DNA of 64,000 nt from Octopus vulgaris. Lineage: Eukaryota. The notes under the pieces were generated by a model. It made no database searches and was not told the DNA's origin. It saw nothing but the letters and a program-made list of their open reading frames with translations. A program made the position numbers and the translations under genes. Positions within the stretch are counted from its first letter, which is position 1, and every line of letters starts with the position of its first letter. The DNA lies in assembly GCA_951406725.2 (NCBI GenBank), contig OX597825.1, forward strand, positions 15,562,001 through 15,626,000, written 5' to 3'. Positions 55,963 through 64,000 of the stretch are shown piece by piece.

Positions 55963-57570
55963 TAAAGTCCTTTATTGGCCACACAGGGCTGAATACAGAG
56001 GGGACAAATACAAATGTAGAGCTTTTCTTTTCGAAGATGGAAAAAGAAAAAGGAAAAAGAGGAAAGAATTGTAAAATTCCGATCAAAAGAGATCGAAAAA
56101 AAAAAGGCGTTCAAAAGGGATCCTGTATCACAAAAAGAAATTTTTTTAAAAAGTAAGAAACGAGATTAGGTTCATCCGTGGAAAGAAAAGCCTATAGAAA
56201 ATACCACGGTAACCTCAGGCAGGGAGGAAAATAAACACATGAGAGCAAAGTGCTCTCTCTCTGTCTCTTTTACGATTTACAGGAGCATGTTCAAAGTGGT
56301 TTCGTCACTCGCACGCACCATCTTTGCTACATTCACCCACCTTTTTTTGAAACTTTTCCGAGACAAAACCTGCCTCTCCATTCTCACCTTCCTTTTCAAG
56401 TGGTACTTGAAAAAGTTGATGAGCGATTGGCCAGAGAGGTAAGTGTTTGTCTCTAATCCTTTCGCTCGAGTCCACCACACACATACTTTCACCATGGCCA
56501 CCAGTACGATGCAAACTGCCTTGCCTTCCCGGTTAAGGAAAGGGGACGGAGCAATGTTCACGATAGACTCGGCCGACAGGCGGACTCGTCCCACACGTGA
56601 CAGCAGCCGTTCGGCATAAGCCCACAGGTCTGAAATGGTTGGACACTGCACGAGTGCGTGCAGAACGGTTTCGTCGCTCTGACCGCATCTCGGGCAAGTC
56701 GGTCCAGTGTGTCTCGAACCGTGACTGTAGAGCTTATCCCGAACAGGTAATGCTTCTCGATAGCACTGCCAGACCAGGGATCTTTGGTGACTGTCCATAG
56801 GTCCCGGCCCGAAAGTTGTCCTGAACAGGCGGGTCAGGTGTTCCTCGTCGACGCCCAGATTCTGCCCGAGAACGTCGTCGCACGTCCCCTCCACTAATCC
56901 TCTATAGGACACCTTTGTTGTAATGAAGTCGCACAAGCTTCGTCCCGGACGGCAGAGTTGCTTGAGAGCAATGCGACACTCGCGGTGCCGTTCGCTTAGC
57001 CTCGGTCTCTGCTTGATTCACGACTGTAGTTCGGCCAAGGAGACGAGCTGCGGGAAAGCGCGTCGCACAAAAGGCGACCACACCTGTTCACCGTCGTCTA
57101 TGAAGCGCCGGAGATGTCGCAATCTCAGCGCATGTCTGCACATCTCTTTCTTTATTACCCACAGGGGGCTAAACATAGAGAGGACAAACAAGGACAGACA
57201 AACGAATTAAGTCGATTACATCGACCCCGGTGAGTAACTGGTATTTAATTTATCGACCCCGAAAGGATGAAAGCCAAAGTCGACCTCGGCGGAATTTGAA
57301 CTCAGAACCTAACGGCAGACGAAATACGGCTACGCATTTCGCCCGGCGTGCTAACGTTTCTGCCAGCTCGCCGCCTTATCAACCTGCACATCATCAACCA
57401 CGGCATGCCTAGCCCTCCATTTAGCAAGTGTTGACAGCAAATGGATCGCCTAACCATCGGAACACTTCCCTTCCACCTGAAGCGCATGAGTATTGATGTT
57501 CAACAAAGAAGACCTGACGAAGAGGAAGGAAAATCGGCCGCTTTGAGTAGTCTTTCAGTCTTTGGAAGGA
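55961..57570 (-). mobile_element. 5'-truncated Tx1/L1-clade LINE (ORF2 C-terminus with zinc finger), interrupted by a SINE B
   Basis: GGLGMP, LPVRDKL, CPRCGQSDETVLHALVQC motifs; 3' UTR ends at (GATA)n. Confidence 0.88.
57145..57376 (-). mobile_element. SINE family B inserted in the Tx1-like LINE
   Basis: Near-consensus; 9-bp target duplication CTGCACATC at 57136-57144 and 57384-57392. Confidence 0.92.
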
Positions 57571-57859
57571 AGTGATATGAAACAAGGTGTCTATTCTTTC
57601 TAATATTGGTTATTTCTTTCACATTTAATATGCAGTTTTATATATCTACACTTATATTCTATTTACAGTGTGTCATTTTACCCCTGAAGTTGTCTATGAT
57701 TTGCCAGAACGATTTCATCTGTTTTGTTTGAAGTGATTTATTACAAAATATAAAGTACGTAAATTCAATAATAAATATATGAAAATGCTCTTCATCTACA
57801 GATTGGAGTGGTTCTGTTTCACTTTTGTTTATTATATCATCTATTTATTTGTCTATTTT

Positions 57860-57924
<65 letters not shown>

Positions 57925-58162
57925 ACCCTTCTCTCTATCGCTCAATCCAATACCATCGCTATCTCCATCACCAACACCACCTCCACCATCGTCAATATAC
58001 ATTTTCAAACGTCCTTGGTTTTATTACTGGAAAACCACTTATGGCAGTTTCATACTTTTCAGATATTTTTGTGAAGTAAATTTCTTCATATGAGTCTGTA
58101 TGCATATGTGTCTGTGTATGAGGGTGTTTGTGTGAATGTATGTGTGCAAGCATATGTGTGTA

Positions 58163-58239
<77 letters not shown>

Positions 58240-59188
58240 GTATGTACTTTCATATATATATATATCTATATACACATACATACTTGTATATATATATGTA
58301 CGCACTTTCATATATATATATATATGTATATATACATACATACTTGTGTATATATATATATATATATGTATGTATAAATATATGTGTGTATATACGTACA
58401 CAGAGACGTGTGAGACATAAACACGAATACTGACTCATATATACGTTCGTATGTACATATGTATATATGTATGTATAAATATGCGTTTATGTATTTATTT
58501 GCATACATACACACATATATATATGTGTGTGTGTGTGTGTATGTGTATGCGGTGTATATGTATTTATGCGCCTATGTATATATGTGTGTATTTATCTATG
58601 TATGTAGGTACGCATTTGTGCACGCGTGCGCATGCATGTACGTCTGGGAGCGCGTACATTCATATATGCATGTGCGTACCTATGTAAGCGCGTAAGTATG
58701 TCTGTATATACCTATACGTACGTATTCTTATCTGCTAATATATCAGTGAAATATCTACATAATGTTGAAACGTAGTAAAGATGGGCAAATTCCCAGTAGT
58801 CATGTCATGAAAACCCTGCAGTATTCATTACATACAAAGTAGTTTAACATGAATTATATTAAGAATGAATGGTTTCTGAGTTCTGCCTTTGAGCGAAATA
58901 TATTTTCACCACGACTTGTAACAAACACCCGCAACAACCAGCATCACCAACGCTATCAACACCACAACCATCATCACCGCCGCCACATATACTGTAATTA
59001 CTACCTCTCGCCTTGTCTTCTGTACCACAGCCATCACCATTTGGTAATGAGGAATCGTTGCTGGCCTGTTAAAAATGACAGTCAAACCAACGTTTGAATT
59101 ATACAGTGCTCACCTTCTTAGAGACGAAGTCTTTAGGTCATGTTGTCTCGGCGTTCCTGGGAACGGGAGAACGGATGTGATTGGTCAA

Positions 59189-60093
59189 GGCGGTGAGCTG
59201 GTAGAAATGTTAGCACGTCGGGCGAAATGCTTAGCAGTATTTCGTCTGCCGCTACGTTCTGAGTTCAAATTCCGCCGAGGTCGACTTTGCCTTTCATCCT
59301 TCCGGGGTCGATAAATTAAGTACCAGTTACGCACTGGGGTCGATGTAATCGACTTAATCCGTTTGTCTGTCCTTGTTTGTCTCCTCTGTGATTAGCGCCT
59401 TGTGTGTGTTCTGACTTCAAATTCCGCCGAGGTCGACTTTGCCTCTCATCCTTTCGGGGTCGATAAATTATGTACCAGTTACGCACTGGGGTCGAAATAA
59501 TCGACTTAATCCGTTTGTCTGTCCTTGTTTGTCTCCTCTGTGTTTAGCGCCTTGTGGGTGTTCTGAGTTCAAATTCCGCCGAGGTCGACTTTGCCTTTCA
59601 TCCTTTCGGGTTCGATAAGAGAAGTACCAGTTACGCACTGGGGTCGATGTAATCGACTTAATCCGTTTGTCTGTCCTTCTTTGTCCTCTCTGTGTTTAGC
59701 CCCTTGTGGGTAGTAAAGAAATAGGTATTTCGTCTGCCGCTACGTTCTGAGTTCAAATTCTGCCGAGGTCGACTTTGCCTTTCATCCTTTCGGGGTCGAT
59801 TAGATAAGTACCAGTTACGCACTGGAGTCGATGTAATCAACTTAATCCGTTTGTCTGTCCTTGTTTTTCCCCTCTGTGTCTAGCCCCTTGTGGGTAGTAA
59901 AGAAATAGGTATTTTATCTGTCTTTACGTTCTCGGTTCAAATACCTCCGAGGTCGACTTTGCCTTTCATCCTTTCGGGGTCGATTAAATAAGTACCAGTT
60001 ACGCACTGGGGTCGATGTAATCGACTTAATCCGTTTGTCTGTCCTTGATTGTCCACTCTATGTTTAGCCCCTTGTTGACAATAAAGAAATAAG
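59189..60093 (+). repeat. Head-to-tail array of five SINE family B units
   Basis: Units start ~59189, 59408, 59560, 59724 and 59908; only the first has the full 5' head. Confidence 0.92.
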
Positions 60094-60389
60094 ATTCGCA
60101 TGATTTGACCACAGGTCTGCTATATCAGGGGTTCACCTGAACGACAATTATTACTACCACTACTTCTACTGCTGCTGCTGTTCCCACAATAGTCATTGAG
60201 CCATTATGGAAGCCGCTGTACGGTCCTTCAACTTGATGGAAATAGGAGCTTAATCCGTTTGTCTGTCCTTGTTTGTCCCCTCTGTGTGTAGCCCCTTGTG
60301 GGCAGTAAACAAATAGGAGCTTGATTTCTTTTAAATCACAAAAACTAATAATCTTTTAAAATATGGGACACAGTGAACAACGTGTCCCA

Positions 60390-60785
60390 TCTTTATATAT
60401 AAAAGTAAGGTTGTGTGTCTGTCTACTCCGATTTAGATTCCTAACTACTCCCACATTTTGCAGTGCAGTTTAACCAAAATCGGGTATCTTATAGTTGTGA
60501 TTCATATCGAGACCTTCTGGATATTAGCGTGCGTCTACGATGAGTCTACGATTTAAAAAATAATTTACCATCATTTTTTTCCATTTTAATGCATATTTTT
60601 TTAATATAAGGGAAGTAACTCTCTAAAAATGTCTACGACGAGTCAACGATTTTTTAAAAAAATTACCATCATATTTTTTTTCCATTTTTAATGCATATTT
60701 TTGCTATTTTTTGGCTATAACTCTCTAAAAATGCTTTATAGTTATTTCCCTTACAAACCCGAGCAACGCCGGGCAATACTGCCAG
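60390..60785 (+). mobile_element. Non-autonomous Helitron
   Basis: A|TC start, hairpin CCCGAGCAACGCCGGG, CCAG|T end; internal tandem duplication. Confidence 0.75.
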
Positions 60786-61442
60786 TATTTTAATAAAAGA
60801 GTGAATTAATGGAGACTCATGCACATTTTTTTTCCCTTCGTCTCCGATATTTCATCATTCTCATTCGCTTTTGGTCATCAGTTTCGCTTTTGGTCATCAG
60901 TTTCGGCTTTTCATCTTCGTTTCTCTTTCCTTCCATCACATTCATCTTTCTTTCTATACAAGCTCTTTCTTCCTTTCATTCTTTCTTTTATTATTCCCGT
61001 TTCCCTTCCAACTCCTCCTGCTTTTTGCCAATAAAACCTGACAGTTGTATTCATTCTATTTCTTAACCTCCTTCTTCTCTATTCTCTTATCAATCATCTT
61101 GTTTTCTAGACTCGTTCTTACATCGTTCATTGACTTCTCAATCTATTGATACAGCAGCTGACGATGACGATGATGATGATAATGATGATAAGGAAGATGA
61201 GGAGGAGGAGGAAGGTGACGGGTACGACGACGATGATGATTATGTATACTCACATATACGTATAAATGCGCTCCTAAATGCGCATGCATGCGTACGCACA
61301 TTCAGTGGTCCTCAGGTGGGGTCCATATATTATTAGATTAGTATTTTGGATATAACTTACTATGTGTTCTCCAGAAAATAAGGTTGTCCTGAAATTGAAG
61401 CTGTGGTCCTATTGGTAAAATCCCAAATTTGTAAAAATATAC

Positions 61443-61484
<42 letters not shown>

Positions 61485-61494
61485 GTATATATAT

Positions 61495-61678
61495 GCCTTA
61501 TTTAAAAGCAGCAGAAAATTCAACAAAACCTGTTACTCTGAGTTTCACGTTCCCGTTCGTCGGACGGAGTAACAGGTTTTGTTGAGTTTTCTGCCGCTTT
61601 TAAATAAAACATATTACTCAACCCCTGGTATTTGAGTACTCTTTTTTCCACCTTGTTTCACATTTATGTGTTTACTCC

Positions 61679-61680
<2 letters not shown>
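61495..61680. mobile_element. (TA)n-embedded insert: 41-bp fold-back enclosing a minimal hammerhead-like core
   Basis: Arms 61498-61538 / 61567-61607 (2 mismatches). Minus-strand loop CCGACGA-ACG ggaa CGT-GAAA-C-TC. Confidence 0.7.
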
Positions 61681-61725
<45 letters not shown>

Positions 61726-62214
61726 ATATACGTGTGTTTGTGTGTGTGTGTGTGTCATGCGCTAAGCATTCTATTTTACATATGTAGCTTTGCAACAAAT
61801 AGAATTTTAAGGTGAGGAATGCTTATGAACACACTCTGTGAGCGTGTTGTTGTAATTTTAACAACCTCAACACACTCTTAGGGCTTATTAAGTATATCTG
61901 ACGCGATCATAAAATTTAGCGTAAATCCTTACAGAAATTTTACTGTATAGAAATTTGGCGATGATGGTTTAACAAGCATTCATCTAGATTAACGGAACCT
62001 TTCACTACATCACTGGATCTGGCATAATGTTTCATATTGGTTTATTAGCATTAAATATAGGTATCACGAGATAGTAGCCTAGCTGGCTCCAAATATCTCG
62101 CATAATCATATTCTGCCGTCTCAAAACATCTTTGCCGATGTAAATCGTGACGAGATGGTCGCTGGTGGAACACTTTTAGTCATAGGTATATTCGATTAGA
62201 GTTAATTTTGGATA

Positions 62215-62750
62215 CAATGCCAGTAATTTAAGGGGAATGGGTAAGGCGATTGCATTGGCTCTTGTTTTATAGACCCCGAAAGTATGAAAGGCATAGTCGA
62301 ACTCAGCAGAAATTGAACTCAGAACGTAAAGACACATGAAATGCCGCTAAACACTTTTGTATAGCTATACAGTGCTATACAAAAATGTATTTATTAATCC
62401 TTCAGGTAAATGTTAAATTCGTTTTATTATAAAGTGAGACAAGAACACAACGAGCTGACAGAGTAATTACCGTGACGTTCAAAATGCTAAGCCACATTAG
62501 GTCCGGTGTTCAAATCGTATCGAGGTCTATTTTTGCCTTTTTTTTTTTACTTTTGGGATCGAAGAAATAAGTACCAGCAATTTAAGGGGAATGGGTAAGT
62601 CGATTGCATTGGGTCTTGTTTTATAGACCCCCAAAGGATGAAAGTCAAAGTCGACCTAGTCTGAATTTGAACTCAACACGTAAAGGCGCATGAAATGTCG
62701 CTAAACATTTTTCCCGCTATGCTAACTATTTTGCCTGGTTACCGCCTCGA
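62215..62750. mobile_element. Cluster of three old SINE family B-like copies (-, +, -)
   Basis: Deu/Nin-like cores at ~62270-62320, ~62510-62577 and ~62620-62675. Confidence 0.7.
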
Positions 62751-62936
62751 TTAGACCTAATATTGCTTAAGACAATAATGGAATTTAGAGACCATATGGT
62801 CTACACAGTTATGCAAAAATAATCCGATAAATCAAATCAATTAAAGTAAAGAGGTTTTTTGCCATTTTAAAGAGGCTTTTAACATGGGGATTTTCCTCTC
62901 ATACAAGTGTATTCTAATTAAAGAATAAAATATATG

Positions 62937-63340
62937 TGTGGTAAGAAACTTGCTTGCCAACCCACTTCCTGGCACCTTCTACTTTAGTCTCGGATTCAAC
63001 AAAGTCTTGTGGGTGGGTTTTATTGATGGAAACACAAAGAATCCCGTCCTGTGTGAGTGTGTGTGGGAATGTATGTTGGTGTGTGCATCTGTGCGGTTGT
63101 GTGTGTGTTTGTGTGTACGCGTGTGTGTATATCTCTGTGCCTGTATTTGGCCCCCTTGCACCGCTTGATAACGAATGTTGGTTTGTTTATGTCCCTGTAA
63201 CGTAGCGGTTCCACAGAAGAGACCGAAAGAGTAAGTGCCTGGCTAAAAAATGTAAGTGCTGGAGTCGATCCATTCGACTAAAAATTCTTCAGGACGCTGC
63301 CCCAGAATGGCAGGTTAATAACTGACAGAAGTAAAAGAAA
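62937..63340 (+). mobile_element. SINE family A, diverged
   Basis: Head, TG tract and tail recognisable. Confidence 0.8.
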
Positions 63341-63504
63341 AAAAATTCTGCCGAGTAAAATTATATTCAGAGATGCTCGAGACAAAACCAAACAGGTTTT
63401 GCATTGACTGAAGCTTTCACGGTAGAAATACAGTCTCATCTATAATACAGTCGTAGCAGATACCTTTACAAAAGCAACCAGGAACATTTTGAATTTTACT
63501 TAAA

Positions 63505-63626
63505 TGACTGTTGTGTCTGGGGTGAGTCATTCTCTTTTAGTGCTTTATAATTTAACACAGTCGCCGGTGAGTGTGTCAAATTATAAGGCACTAAAAAATA
63601 ATGACTCACCCCAGACACAACAGTCA
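63505..63626. repeat. 122-bp imperfect palindrome, no spacer
   Basis: 61-bp arms centred on CC|GG at 63565/63566, a few mismatches. Confidence 0.92.
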
Positions 63627-64000
63627 ATATGCTTCAACACACGAATTCACATAAAGAATCTTGCAAACCAAATCCAAAAACCAAATTATTTAATGACGTT
63701 TCATAAAAACAACCTAGTTTTCATTTAAAAAGGCAAGGCATAATATACACTTTATATTTGTAATCCAAAACAAGTTTGAATTCCCCTATAAATATCAATA
63801 ATTTTTATTGATTAAACTCCTTTATTTTATATGTGTTTTTCATTTTTATTTTTGTTTTTATATTTATTTGCAATAATGCTTCCCTTTCGCTCAATGCATT
63901 TTATGAATGAGAAGCGTCGTAGATTTAATCTACAAAGATTTTTCTTTGTTTAATTGTTTCGTTATTTTTGCTGTTGATGTTGTTGTTGTTTGATTTCATA

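Noticed and set aside
59189-60093. CRISPR-like array
   Set aside because: Units are 150-220 bp SINE copies without unique spacers; eukaryotic context, no cas genes.
60860-60910. Tandem CTGATGA-CCAAAAGC-GAAA on the minus strand
   Set aside because: A 19-bp local duplication; stem II cannot pair and there is no cleavage triplet or stem I.

Overview
AT-rich, microsatellite-saturated animal DNA; the SINE families and repeat landscape suggest an octopus (cephalopod) genome (inference). I can support no intact host gene. Almost all listed ORFs are translations of (TA)n, (CA)n, (AAT)n or (GAA)n repeats. The window is a transposon graveyard: three tRNA-derived SINE families, a mariner, a second Tc1/mariner-superfamily element, an R4/Dong-type LINE in (TAA)n, Tx1-like and CR1-group LINE fragments, a solo LTR and non-autonomous Helitrons. 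The standout is a Penelope-like element (PLE) ecosystem hidden in the (TA)n tracts. It includes (i) a PLE 3' end with GIY-YIG C-terminus, a 379-bp fold-back palindrome and a complete U3:A8 hammerhead ribozyme; (ii) a decayed PLE RT+GIY-YIG; (iii) a four-copy ~185-bp non-coding family carrying a variant hammerhead (CUGUNGA core); and (iv) many other short (TA)n-embedded inserts with hammerhead-like cores and/or fold-back inverted repeats. Two SINE-LINE partner pairs are also visible from shared 3' tails. All calls were read by eye; boundaries of decayed elements are approximate.
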